From the sequence record PQ309151.1: a DNA stretch of 64,000 nt; one strand, given 5' to 3'. The position numbers and the translations under genes were made by a program. Below the pieces are notes generated by a model. It searched no databases, was not told the origin of the DNA, and saw nothing but the letters and a program-made list of their open reading frames with translations. Every line of letters starts with the position of its first letter. Position 1 is the stretch's first letter. Below are positions 9,527-19,271 of the stretch, in pieces.

Positions 9527-10723
9527 TCACATAACGGATGCCATTAGTTCATCGAAGTACTGCTGCTCAGCATCATTGTTGAGCGTAATACCAAGACGTT
9601 CCATGACGATTGTTTTGATGTTTGACGAATCGATCGTGAAGGGCACGTAATCAGCTTCGTCGGTAGTTTCTAACACAGTCGTCGTATCGACTTCTTCTTC
9701 ATCGATAACTTTCTTCGAGAAATGAAGGAAGGGATATATCGACTGATAAGACTCTATTCCAGCCAGAACCGGATGTCCGCGACGAGCAGCAATCCTAAGG
9801 TGATTATGAGGCCGCAGAGAATCGCAGGTGTCCATGACCTGCTTGTGCGCAGCATCAAGATCCTCATCAACCTCCACTGTCTTAAAGTCCATCGCATTTT
9901 CATTCACCTGAAACGTAGCAGTGTAGGAACCATCCCGGTTCACTACTGCATGGACGAAGCCCTTAGGCGTTTCCATTCCATGTCTCTGACGATCTGGAGA
10001 GCCCTGAATGATGATGCGACCTTCTCTACGGAACTCGTGATCGTGTCCAATAAAGATCAGGTAGCGAACGATATTCAGGTAAGCTTCCGAACTATGAAAC
10101 CGTGAGTGACGACCCACGGGAACCTGAAATTCGAAAAAGCCATGCATGATTGCGAAGTCCACTTTCTCAAGTGCGCGTGCTTCCATCATGTCCATGACTT
10201 GTCGGTACGTGATTTCGTCCGACGTATTCTTTTCATCGGGAATACAGAGAAGATGAATGTCATACTTCTCGATATACTCGATTGTTACTTCCTTCACATA
10301 ACGCAGTTCGCACTTGTCTTGAGGATCAGCCGCATCATTGATAGCGACGAACAGATGCGATTGCAGTCGGTCATGCGAAGGCGTACCTTCCAACACAACG
10401 ACCGTGGTACCCGTCCTTGCGCAACGGGCAAGTAAACGACGGATCCACGATACGATAAACGGAACATCCCGATGGTTAACCGGGAGACCTCGATCGAAGA
10501 CGTCACCGACGATAAAGAGAATGTTAATTCCCTTCAAGAAGTCGTATGTCAACATCGAATCGAGGCCCTTGACCATGAACTCGGCCGGATTGGACGGGCA
10601 TCCCAGATGGATATCCGAGATGCTCGCAACCTTAATCTGTGTCCAGTTCGTAGTCGCCGACGTCTGCAGCGTTTGCACCGCTGCTTCCACCGAGGTCGAT
10701 AGCTTTGTCTTTGTTGGGGTCAT
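9527..10723 (-). CDS. sbcD: SbcD/Mre11-like metallophosphoesterase nuclease
   Basis: Calcineurin-like motifs SDIHLG, GDVFD, EGTPSHD, MHG and GHDH. Confidence 0.9.
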   Translation of the reverse strand: MTPTKTKLSTSVEAAVQTLQTSATTNWTQIKVASISDIHLGCPSNPAEFMVKGLDSMLTYDFLKGINILFIVGDVFDRGLPVNHRDVPFIVSWIRRLLARCARTGTTVVVLEGTPSHDRLQSHLFVAINDAADPQDKCELRYVKEVTIEYIEKYDIHLLCIPDEKNTSDEITYRQVMDMMEARALEKVDFAIMHGFFEFQVPVGRHSRFHSSEAYLNIVRYLIFIGHDHEFRREGRIIIQGSPDRQRHGMETPKGFVHAVVNRDGSYTATFQVNENAMDFKTVEVDEDLDAAHKQVMDTCDSLRPHNHLRIAARRGHPVLAGIESYQSIYPFLHFSKKVIDEEEVDTTTVLETTDEADYVPFTIDSSNIKTIVMERLGITLNNDAEQQYFDELMASVM

Positions 10724-11348
10724 TGTCGAGCATATTCCCGAGATTCAGGATCTTGTCGTGCTTGCCATAGCGCTCGAAGATCGCATTCCAGATACGCATG
10801 TTCGCGTAGACTTGCTCAGTCGGCTTGTCCTTGATGTGCAGACCCTGGAGCTTCTTGCTCAGGAAATGCTGGGAGCCGGCTGCGTCAAATTCCTTCAGAC
10901 GCGAGTAGTGGCGTTCGATCAACGTCATCGATTCGCCGCCCGGTTTCGACTGTTCGAGAACCGACGTATCGAAAAGCGGAGGTACCGTGAAGAGAACAGC
11001 ACCATCTTCAGCGATGATGTCGACCGAAACCTTCTCACCACCTGCAACCTTTTCGAGCCAGGTGCGATAGTTCACTTCGGCGGTCGGCTGGACTTCACCT
11101 GCGAAGAGCGGAAGGAAGTGCTCGATGAAGAGCGTTTCCGGGAACTGCGCGTTCTGCTCGATTTGCGTGAGCGAGTTCGCGATGCCACGAATGTCGATGC
11201 CGATACCCATGCGACGTTGCTTCTGGAAGGTGGCAAAAACATCCATTGCCGCTTTCTGACGCGGATGCGGTTGAGCGACGTCCGTGGGCGTTTCGGGTTC
11301 GCGGGAGACCGTACGGTCCAGTTTATTGTCGAGTTCGCGTTGGTTCAT
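10632..11348 (-). CDS. Conserved phiKZ-like hypothetical protein
   Basis: 238 aa with acidic C-terminus. The 3' end overlaps the SbcD 5' end. Confidence 0.7.
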   Translation of the reverse strand: MNQRELDNKLDRTVSREPETPTDVAQPHPRQKAAMDVFATFQKQRRMGIGIDIRGIANSLTQIEQNAQFPETLFIEHFLPLFAGEVQPTAEVNYRTWLEKVAGGEKVSVDIIAEDGAVLFTVPPLFDTSVLEQSKPGGESMTLIERHYSRLKEFDAAGSQHFLSKKLQGLHIKDKPTEQVYANMRIWNAIFERYGKHDKILNLGNMLDNDPNKDKAIDLGGSSGANAADVGDYELDTD

Positions 11349-11761
11349 GTTGGGCTTCCTGTTGCATCGACGTTATAGATGCGCTGGACTTGAGTGCCCA
11401 GCAGGTCAATAGCTCGACCTAGATCATGGCGAATGCCCTGATCATCGGTGAAGCTACAACCTATTGTTACCGTCAATGAAGTATTATCGTTCGGGTCAGT
11501 TTGACTCACGCTGCAGTCCATTTGCACATTGGAAAACTGCGTGGAGAAGTAATTGCCAAGATACTGATTCAGGTTGGACTGAAGTTCCCCATCCGAACCG
11601 GAATCTGCGAGAAGTGACTGATACGACGTCACATTCAGTTTGTCTTTATAGAAATGCGTCTGGCTCTTCTGCGTAGCGAAGAAGTGTGCCAGCATGTAGT
11701 CAGCTTTTTCGAGCGGATTCGAGACGAAACCACTGGGTGAGTAGGTCGGAAGCAAAGCCAT
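11345..11761 (-). CDS. Probable baseplate protein, T4 gp25-like fold
   Basis: 138 aa with helix-helix-beta-sheet pattern and size typical of sheath-initiator proteins (inference). Confidence 0.5.
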   Translation of the reverse strand: MALLPTYSPSGFVSNPLEKADYMLAHFFATQKSQTHFYKDKLNVTSYQSLLADSGSDGELQSNLNQYLGNYFSTQFSNVQMDCSVSQTDPNDNTSLTVTIGCSFTDDQGIRHDLGRAIDLLGTQVQRIYNVDATGSPT

Positions 11762-11819
11762 TTTCAGATCCAGAAAGCAAAAAAAAATATGACCAGGTTT
11801 CCCTGGTCATATCCGAACA

Positions 11820-12482
11820 TTACATGTTCTCGTTCAACACCGAAGACGGATCTTTCTTCTTCGCCTGGTACATTGCTTCAAGCACGTCCCAAGTCGAATG
11901 AATGTCGCCTTGCTCGATTACGTCCAGATCCCGTTCATCATCCACGGGAGCGTTCATATCCGAATACAAGACGAATGCGTCCTCGCCTTCACCGAGGCGA
12001 TTGAAGTCATTCTTGATGCCGTGACGATCTTCCGTCCATACGACACCATCAATGACGCGCATAAAGTCCGGGTCGTCGAACCCACGACGCTCAGGATGGG
12101 CTGTGCGATAGCTGTCCGACCATCCATCGATTGCCTGTTGTTCATACAGGATTCTCGACATGATGTTAGCCATGAGATAACGTTGCATCACAGGCTTTGC
12201 ATTCTGGATGGACTCGATCGTGTACAACGGTCGGATCACATCCTTACGCATCGGGTCAGCAGACTGACGAACACGCGACCGAATGCGTCGCAATGCTCGC
12301 TCGCCATTATACCGCTCATACGCATCGCGCGAATCCTCAAAGAACCCATTGAAGAGTTCACTGATTCTCGGCGCATAGCGCTCCACTCGATCCCTCAGAT
12401 AACTGAGAGTTCCCTGATGGGGTTCTCCAAACAATTCGGCGTCGATATCCTCTTCACTGATATAACCGCCTCTGATTCCCAT
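11820..12482 (-). CDS. Conserved nucleus-block protein (possibly phiKZ gp59-like)
   Basis: 220 aa, start overlaps the gp55-like stop. Carries the MQRYLMAN...QAIDGWSDSY motif. Confidence 0.6.
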   Translation of the reverse strand: MGIRGGYISEEDIDAELFGEPHQGTLSYLRDRVERYAPRISELFNGFFEDSRDAYERYNGERALRRIRSRVRQSADPMRKDVIRPLYTIESIQNAKPVMQRYLMANIMSRILYEQQAIDGWSDSYRTAHPERRGFDDPDFMRVIDGVVWTEDRHGIKNDFNRLGEGEDAFVLYSDMNAPVDDERDLDVIEQGDIHSTWDVLEAMYQAKKKDPSSVLNENM

Positions 12483-14107
12483 TAGTGCAGTGTCCTTGTA
12501 TTAAACATTTCGTGCATCCGCGCCAGCTTAGCTGGGTCGGGTCTGCGAGCTTGCTCGCTGTAGTTGTACAGATGGTTCACCACCGACGACACGATCGGCT
12601 TAGGCAACGGCATGTTGTCGCCAATCTTGCGCGGGCCGGACAGTTTCCACGCACCGAAGTGCGGAGCCAGATAACGGAGTTCGTCCGTCGTCCAGTTGTC
12701 CATAGTCAGGAAGCCGAACATCTGATCGCCATCGAAGTCCGCGTTCGGGCCAGCAACCGAGATGATCGGATAACTGATCGACATGATCTTCGGATTGGTC
12801 TTGATCTTGGTCACGAACATCCGCTGGATCGAGGTACGATACATGGACGGATTGCGACCGAAGATAACAGGAATGCCGCGTTTCGGTTTCATCGCAGCTG
12901 CTGCGATTTCATCGATTGCAACACCTTGCATCTGACCATCAACGATCGACGCTTGAATCGTCGGAGACAATTCGTACGGCGACTCATCCAGAAGCTCGTC
13001 GAAGAGTTCTTCAAGCAGCGGATGATAGACGTGCGTATGCGCATTCAAGAAGTACGCTGCGTCGTTGTGGCCGAAACCACGTCGGAACAGCTTACCCATC
13101 AGGTGCAGACGGAACGTCGTGACTGCCAATGCCCACGGCAGGTGAATCTCATCGTGATGATGCGGCTCCGTGAGCGAATTGATAACCGCCCGGAAGCTGA
13201 ACCAGCAGCGAGTTGCATAAACGTGTTTCCGTACCAAACCAGGCTTGCCGGCGATGAAGTTCTTTTCGTAGTCCCGTCCAAATTCGGACAGTGCTTCGGA
13301 AAGCTTGGACGCACGGTTTTCCTTTTGGGCAACCGTAAAGTCCTTGATCTCGCTGTCGATGCCGGAGATGTTCCGGACCGCATCGATAATCGTCTTCAGC
13401 GTGGTGTCCATGTAAGTACCGAACTTGGTGTTCTCGATCACCAGGATGGTCTTGTTGTGGACTGGTACGTGTTGTGAGAAGATGCGATCGCGATACATTG
13501 CGATGAAGATCTGCATCTCCCTGAGTTTCTCCTTCTTGTCCCTCGTGGAACTGAATTGTGGAAATTCACAAAGTTGACCGATGATCCAGTCGAAGTTGTG
13601 ATAGAAGAAGTTCAGCCCGCGTTCGATCCTGCGGTTTTCCAGTTCGTCCATCCATCGACCATGATGTACACGATTGGGACGATAGTCCGTATTCGTGAGA
13701 TACTTGATGATGTTGAACTTCTGGTTGCTGTTGTTCGAGAGACTGAAGAAGTCCGAGAGCAGTCGCCACGCCTGAGGATTAATCAGTGCATCGACGCCTC
13801 GTGGCGCTTCAACCCAGATGATGGGCTCAAGCGGTTTGTCCAGCACAGGCTGAACCATTTGCTTGCATTTTCGACAGATGGTCCCCTTACCGTTTCTGTC
13901 TACATGATGCTGACCGAACGTATGCCCACACGAACATTTCGGGATCGTATCGAGCAGGTCCGTATCGTTGTACGTCACGAAGAAGTTTTCGTCGAATGTT
14001 GACTTCTCCGTTTCAAGCGTGTCCAGTACCTTATTGACGATGATGGGGTCTGTTGTTATCTGCGAGAATAACTCGTCATAGTTCTGCATTTCCAAATGTG
14101 TGCCCAT
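12482..14107 (-). CDS. Non-virion RNAP beta-prime subunit, N-terminal catalytic part (phiKZ gp55-like)
   Basis: CSCG...CRKC zinc site, RKHVYATRCWFSFRAVI, GRNPS and catalytic NADFDGD. Confidence 0.93.
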   Translation of the reverse strand: MGTHLEMQNYDELFSQITTDPIIVNKVLDTLETEKSTFDENFFVTYNDTDLLDTIPKCSCGHTFGQHHVDRNGKGTICRKCKQMVQPVLDKPLEPIIWVEAPRGVDALINPQAWRLLSDFFSLSNNSNQKFNIIKYLTNTDYRPNRVHHGRWMDELENRRIERGLNFFYHNFDWIIGQLCEFPQFSSTRDKKEKLREMQIFIAMYRDRIFSQHVPVHNKTILVIENTKFGTYMDTTLKTIIDAVRNISGIDSEIKDFTVAQKENRASKLSEALSEFGRDYEKNFIAGKPGLVRKHVYATRCWFSFRAVINSLTEPHHHDEIHLPWALAVTTFRLHLMGKLFRRGFGHNDAAYFLNAHTHVYHPLLEELFDELLDESPYELSPTIQASIVDGQMQGVAIDEIAAAAMKPKRGIPVIFGRNPSMYRTSIQRMFVTKIKTNPKIMSISYPIISVAGPNADFDGDQMFGFLTMDNWTTDELRYLAPHFGAWKLSGPRKIGDNMPLPKPIVSSVVNHLYNYSEQARRPDPAKLARMHEMFNTRTLH

Positions 14108-14160
14108 CCAACCTCCTTCAAAGCACGATTGTAAAAGTGTTTCTGCAGCAGTTCATACCT

Positions 14161-14185
14161 ATGATATATTGGCATGATTTTTTAC
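14161..14185 (-). promoter_or_regulatory. Possible early promoter (degenerate) for the gp55-like operon
   Basis: Minus strand GTAAAAAATCATGCCAATATATCAT, in an AT-rich gap. Confidence 0.45.
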
Positions 14186-14270
14186 ATATAAGGCTATGTA
14201 TATAAAAAAACATAACAACATACCAAAAGAAAAATCCGCAACTAAAGCAGGATCTTTCTCTTCCCGTCCA

Positions 14271-14543
14271 TTAGAGGACAGGTGCCAACTGGTGATCATT
14301 GCTGCAGTTGACCGTTCTGTAAATTGCTGCTTGTGTTGCATTGAGTTCTCGTAGCTTGCGTTTTGCATAGTCGTTTTCGACCATGAAGAGCGCTGTTCCA
14401 ATTTCAACGATCGGTAAATCAGGAAACTGGATGACCGTTGCCACCGTTGCTTCTCGAACTGTCTTACCTGCATCACGCTCCCTGTAATAAGCATCGCGAA
14501 TGTTACCGAAAGCAGCGAGAGCGGAACTTCTTATGTTATTCAT
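14271..14543 (-). CDS. Small hypothetical protein
   Basis: MNNIRSSALAAF..., 90 aa from the ATG at 14543. Confidence 0.55.
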   Translation of the reverse strand: MNNIRSSALAAFGNIRDAYYRERDAGKTVREATVATVIQFPDLPIVEIGTALFMVENDYAKRKLRELNATQAAIYRTVNCSNDHQLAPVL

Positions 14544-14573
14544 CTCTGTTCTCAAGTTGACGGCAAAAAAGAA

Positions 14574-14605
14574 AATAGAGAGATCCCCGAAGGGATCTCT
14601 CTATT
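14574..14605 (-). terminator. Chimallin terminator
   Basis: AATAGAGAGATCCC-CGAA-GGGATCTCTCTATT. On the minus strand the loop is UUCG and a T-rich run follows. Confidence 0.9.
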
Positions 14606-14635
14606 AGTGGATTACTACTGGCTTACGCCGGCAGC

Positions 14636-16582
14636 TTACCAGCGGTTGTCGTTGCGATCCGCACGATCGAAGTAACGATCGTCGTAACGGTCACGCGACT
14701 GACGCTGATTGCGATACAGACCACCGCTACCCGGACGGGCCAGGATCGTATCGATGTTGCCATACGTGGTGCGATAGCGATCGCTGCCATCGCGGCTCGA
14801 CGAGGTCGGGTTGAGCGACAGCTTGCAACGGCTGATTGCTTCGATCAGCGCTTCGTCGAAACGGGTATCCCAGTTGTAACGCTGGAAGAAGCCCGTGATG
14901 ACGGCGGTCGGCACGAAGTCACGGATGATTTCGTAGCGTTCCGATTGCGACAGCGTGTTGTCGTCGTTCGACGCAGCAGCCATGCCCCACTTCTGGATCA
15001 GAAGCAGGTCGTCTTCCTTTTCCGGACGCAGCATGTTCAGCAGCGCCAGATAGTCGAAGTCGCGCAGGTCGAGGCGCATGCCGCGATCGCCTTCCGTGTA
15101 GTAACCGCCATGGATCCGCTCGACGTGGCTGTCAAGGATCGGTTCCGTACGGTCGTACAGGTCTTCGAAGTGACCATCGGTCAGCACGCAGCACGCATCA
15201 TAGATGCGGTCCATTGCCTTCTGGCTGCCTTGTGCAGCTGCCATCAGGTCAACGTGCTGCCACGTGGACGAACCGCATTCCGGCACGTCGATCGAGTGGA
15301 TCACACCCGGACGCACAGTGGTGCGGATCAGAGCTTGACGCTTCGCAGCGGTGAAGCTCGCGTTCTTCGTTTCCCAGCGCTCGCCGAAGCCGCGTTCCAG
15401 ATCCTGGAGGTTGGGTTCGATGGCCAGCGCGCCGATGTTGCGCATGTCGTCTTCACCGACCGAGAGGTTCGGTTCGAAGGCACGCATGATCTCGGCCGAC
15501 TCACCAACTGCATGAGCCGTGGCGTGAGCCAGCATCATGGTCGTCGGCGAGAAGTCGACGGTGTCGGTGAACGTGTTGATGAAGCGCAGTGCATACAGCT
15601 GGCACTCTTCGCTACGGCGATCGCCACGACGAGCGTAGAGATCGTTGCGGCTCGATGCGCCGTCCGCCGGAGCGTAGACGAAATCGAAGTAGCCGCCGAC
15701 GCGGGAGATGCGGGTGCCCGTCACCAGCTGGTCGATCGGATCACGGCTGTTGCGGCCACGGTTTTCGCGGGACACCAGGTCGATGATCATGTCGGCACGG
15801 ACCGGCAGATGGCCACGATCGTAGATGTGGTTCTGACGATGCTGGATGTGCACCGAGTTGTAGCTGTCGTCGTCGGCCGACAGACGCAGTTGCGGAGCGT
15901 CCGGGTCGTTGCGATCGATTGCCGTCTTGATGGCAGCGAACGAGTTCTTCACGCAATCGGCGATTGCTTGCGGATCGTCCTTGGCCGTCGGGAAGCCACC
16001 ATAGATGACTTCGGCATCTGCCGTGAACAGGTTCTCGCCCGGATACGCGTTGGCCAGAACTTCCTTGACCACGTCGCGAACCTTCGAGTCGTAGCCGTCG
16101 CCCGGCACTTGAACGACCGTCACGCGATTGCTGCGATAGCTTTCTTCACGCGGACGCAGCTCTTCGGCCGAACCGGCGAGCAGGAACGTGTGATAGCCGA
16201 CGCCCAGCTTTTCCTTGCCACGCTTCTTGCCCGCGACGACGATGCAGGAGAACGGGATGCCGGCGACCGATGCATCGATCGGGAACAGCTGGCAGTCGAG
16301 CATGTTGTTGTCGGTCTTGGCCGGCATGGCTTCCACGAAGTCACGACGGAAGACTTCCAGCGCTTCGGCCGTACCCGTCATTGCGATGGGGGTCGGGTTC
16401 ATGCGGCCGATGTTGCTCAGCGATGCGTAGCGTGCGCCGCCGGATTCACGGCTTTCTGCACGACGCGACTGGCGTTCTTCTTGTGCTTGCTGATCTTGCT
16501 CGCGACGATCGCCACCCTTCTCTTGCGCACGGCGCATTGCGTCACGGACTTGCGATTGCTGATCTTTGCCTTCGATGCTCAT
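14636..16582 (-). CDS. chmA: Chimallin, major phage-nucleus shell protein (phiKZ gp54-like)
   Basis: 648 aa, immediately upstream of the gp55-like gene and divergent from the gp52-like gene. Strongly biased codon use, with its own promoter and terminator. Confidence 0.88.
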   Translation of the reverse strand: MSIEGKDQQSQVRDAMRRAQEKGGDRREQDQQAQEERQSRRAESRESGGARYASLSNIGRMNPTPIAMTGTAEALEVFRRDFVEAMPAKTDNNMLDCQLFPIDASVAGIPFSCIVVAGKKRGKEKLGVGYHTFLLAGSAEELRPREESYRSNRVTVVQVPGDGYDSKVRDVVKEVLANAYPGENLFTADAEVIYGGFPTAKDDPQAIADCVKNSFAAIKTAIDRNDPDAPQLRLSADDDSYNSVHIQHRQNHIYDRGHLPVRADMIIDLVSRENRGRNSRDPIDQLVTGTRISRVGGYFDFVYAPADGASSRNDLYARRGDRRSEECQLYALRFINTFTDTVDFSPTTMMLAHATAHAVGESAEIMRAFEPNLSVGEDDMRNIGALAIEPNLQDLERGFGERWETKNASFTAAKRQALIRTTVRPGVIHSIDVPECGSSTWQHVDLMAAAQGSQKAMDRIYDACCVLTDGHFEDLYDRTEPILDSHVERIHGGYYTEGDRGMRLDLRDFDYLALLNMLRPEKEDDLLLIQKWGMAAASNDDNTLSQSERYEIIRDFVPTAVITGFFQRYNWDTRFDEALIEAISRCKLSLNPTSSSRDGSDRYRTTYGNIDTILARPGSGGLYRNQRQSRDRYDDRYFDRADRNDNRW

Positions 16583-16686
16583 GATTGCTCTTTTCCTGTT
16601 TTGGAATAAATGAAAAGTAGGTACGCGTACCAGAATTAGTCACGTACGATAAAGAATTGATCGCATTACTAACGCAGATCAACTTT

Positions 16687-16713
16687 GTAATATATCAATG
16701 AAATTTGTTTAAA
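16687..16713 (-). promoter_or_regulatory. Early promoter of chimallin
   Basis: Minus strand TTTAAACAAATTTCATTGATATATTAC, containing the phiKZ early consensus TATATTAC. Confidence 0.8.
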
Positions 16714-16884
16714 TCGCACGATATACCACAACACGCGAACATAGGTGCTACAACACGCAGATGGTTTCATCTGCACAGTATAGGGGAAAAACAATAAAGT
16801 TTTATATACCTGTACTTTCACCGCGACGCATGTTCATGCTATGACCACGATTGCTAGAAAATTATCTTCCATGGATGTGATTGC

Positions 16885-17964
16885 ATGCTCAGCATCTTCA
16901 ACGACCTTCAACCCAGAGTGAAAGGTATCATCAGCTTCCCTGAATGGACATTCATTCGTGATGGCTTGATGATGAACCTGGATCACACAAACAAGTACTA
17001 TCGCAGCAGTGCTTATGCGGTAGGTTCTGATCACGAACTGGTGAAACTGTTGTTCGGTTTGACTACCAGTACGGAAGAAGATCTGAACACCTATTACAAA
17101 CGCGTCGATGCCAAAGCGTTGACGGTTGCTCAACAATTGGGATTCACGACCTCTATCAGTAAGGGACACATGTTCAACAATGTGTTCTTCTCGGGTAAGA
17201 GCCGCGAAGTCATCATCGTTCATAACGAAGACTTCGATCCCCAGGAAGTTACGGAGAACTGGAGAGATGCTCGTCCGATTCAAATCCTGCGTCATGGCTT
17301 TGACTTCATCGATTGTTTTCCTATGCAAGGCCAGCTGGAAAGCAATGGAGTCTCAGTCTTCGCGATCAATCTGTCCATGCTCGGCGTGCAGTATCGAGCG
17401 TATCGCCAGTGGCAGAAAACGTTCGTAACGGAAGAGACGGGTCGAGCTTCGGTCTACTCTTTTCTGTTCAACTATCCGCTGAACAATCTGATTTACGATG
17501 CGATGGATCATGCGGTGTTTAACCGTCTGGTTCGACTGAGTCAGAATCTGCCCACGAGCGATAATCAGTATCGTCATCCGTTCCATGTGACGAACTTCGT
17601 GGGACGAGTGGATCGAATCCTGGGTAAGGTTCTCGATGTACTGAACAACAACCCACTCGACTTTTACAACATCTGCGCCACGATCCCTCTCATCAATAGC
17701 GGCAGTCTGTTGAATCTGTTGAGACTTCCGGACCTCTATGAATCGCGGCAAATCAACTGGGCTATTTACATGGCTCGGATCGATATGCTCCTGTTCCTCT
17801 TGAGCTTCGAGAACAATCTGAAGATGATGAACCAGAGCGAACTGAGCAAGATTAAGTACGAACTGAAGCTGTACCTGAAAGACGGTACGATTCAGTCTGC
17901 CGTGCCTCGCGATCTGTACGGTAAGCAAAAGCTCGTCATCGAACGACTCGTTGAAAAGATGTAA
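16885..17964 (+). CDS. Conserved phiKZ-like protein (gp52-like by synteny)
   Basis: 359 aa, divergent from chimallin, followed by a terminator. Confidence 0.7.
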   Translation: MLSIFNDLQPRVKGIISFPEWTFIRDGLMMNLDHTNKYYRSSAYAVGSDHELVKLLFGLTTSTEEDLNTYYKRVDAKALTVAQQLGFTTSISKGHMFNNVFFSGKSREVIIVHNEDFDPQEVTENWRDARPIQILRHGFDFIDCFPMQGQLESNGVSVFAINLSMLGVQYRAYRQWQKTFVTEETGRASVYSFLFNYPLNNLIYDAMDHAVFNRLVRLSQNLPTSDNQYRHPFHVTNFVGRVDRILGKVLDVLNNNPLDFYNICATIPLINSGSLLNLLRLPDLYESRQINWAIYMARIDMLLFLLSFENNLKMMNQSELSKIKYELKLYLKDGTIQSAVPRDLYGKQKLVIERLVEKM

Positions 17965-17968
17965 TTCA

Positions 17969-18000
17969 TACACTACCATCCCTTGCGGGATGGTAGTGTA
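17969..18000. terminator. Terminator between convergent genes
   Basis: TACACTACCATCCC-TTGC-GGGATGGTAGTGTA followed by TTTTT. Confidence 0.88.
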
Positions 18001-18010
18001 TTTTTGCTGT

Positions 18011-18664
18011 CTATAGTAACCACAACTGAAAACGCTTTAGCAATCCGACATAAGCATACGTCGAACTAAGGTCGTCCGAACATCCGAACGCCAGGTATGT
18101 GTCGCCCGGCTGAGTCAGATCAGAATACGTCGACGTGACGCCGGTTCGATTATTTTTGACGGTATACGTTCCGTTCTGTTTGGTGAGTACCATCTGTTCC
18201 AGTACAGCACCAGGGTAAGTTACACCACCCAGATAACACCGAGAAAATGTAGTACCTGTCGACAGGAAAGCCTGGAAGTATTGACTCGTCTGATTCAGGT
18301 TAAGAAGAAGACCAGGCTGATTGCCGTGTGCGTTGTAATCGCCCGAACGGAACAAAACCTTGGACGAGGCTGCTGATTGAGGAACAAAATCAACCTCAAG
18401 CCGATAAGGTTTATTACTGAATTGAAGAAGGTTGGCGCAATCGAAATATGTCAGACCAGTGAACTGGTAGCATTTTCCAAATGTCGGATCATTGATTACG
18501 CCGTCAGTTGGCGAACCAGAAATCACATGTCGAACAAATGTTCGAGCACCTGTACCATTGTCGACCAGGTTCTTATCCCCAACATTGGCGGAATCGAACT
18601 GGATACTGAGAACAGCTGTCGTTGCTGTCGCTGATTTCTTTTTTAACAATAAAGCTTCTTGCAT
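18011..18664 (-). CDS. ConA/LamG-like beta-sandwich protein, putative tail-fibre/receptor-binding module
   Basis: Starts MQEALLLKKK. Beta-rich S/T/G/Y composition. Confidence 0.6.
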   Translation of the reverse strand: MQEALLLKKKSATATTAVLSIQFDSANVGDKNLVDNGTGARTFVRHVISGSPTDGVINDPTFGKCYQFTGLTYFDCANLLQFSNKPYRLEVDFVPQSAASSKVLFRSGDYNAHGNQPGLLLNLNQTSQYFQAFLSTGTTFSRCYLGGVTYPGAVLEQMVLTKQNGTYTVKNNRTGVTSTYSDLTQPGDTYLAFGCSDDLSSTYAYVGLLKRFQLWLL

Positions 18665-18668
18665 ATCG

Positions 18669-19271
18669 TCACCAGGCGCTATATCCGGCCGGAAGATTGT
18701 TAATCATATCCAATCCGGCTAAGAGTTGAGCTGAACTGTTCGTACCGCCCGCTGCTGCACCCGAGAGCATCGGATAAAATGTCGTGGCATTGCTGTATGC
18801 CGTCGTCGAGAAAGATGCCTGAGCAACACCATTCCGATAAAAGCGCACGGTCTTGGTTCCCATGTCGAGTGCGACACCAATGACGTCGCCTACCCAAAAA
18901 TAGGTACCATAAACAAAACGAGATCCGTTTGCATACAGCATGTACGAGTTAGTTGTGTTGTAGGAATACCAAAGAAGCTCGTCAGAACTTTGCCAGGCAC
19001 GATACAGCGAAGTGGTTGAAGGTGCGATACCGATGCCGGGTGTATAGCCAGTGCTTCCACTTTCAGCGCCAAGTATTTTGACTTCGAAGTACCACTTGCC
19101 AGAAGAACGACCAATCGTTCCTCGAACTGCACCACCGACTGAAGAATCGAAGGTAACAGTTTTATTGTCGGTTGACAAAGTCACTCCACTGGAGTACTTG
19201 TCGTTCGTATTCAGAAGAAGACTCGACGGCTGTTTGACGGTCTTCTTATAAAGAAGGTTAGCAGCAAGCAT
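18669..19271 (-). CDS. SPRY/B30.2-domain protein, putative tail-fibre module
   Basis: VRGTIGRSSGKWYFEVKI...GIGIA...GDVIGVALDMGTKTVRFYRNG is the classical SPRY signature. Confidence 0.85.
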   Translation of the reverse strand: MLAANLLYKKTVKQPSSLLLNTNDKYSSGVTLSTDNKTVTFDSSVGGAVRGTIGRSSGKWYFEVKILGAESGSTGYTPGIGIAPSTTSLYRAWQSSDELLWYSYNTTNSYMLYANGSRFVYGTYFWVGDVIGVALDMGTKTVRFYRNGVAQASFSTTAYSNATTFYPMLSGAAAGGTNSSAQLLAGLDMINNLPAGYSAW

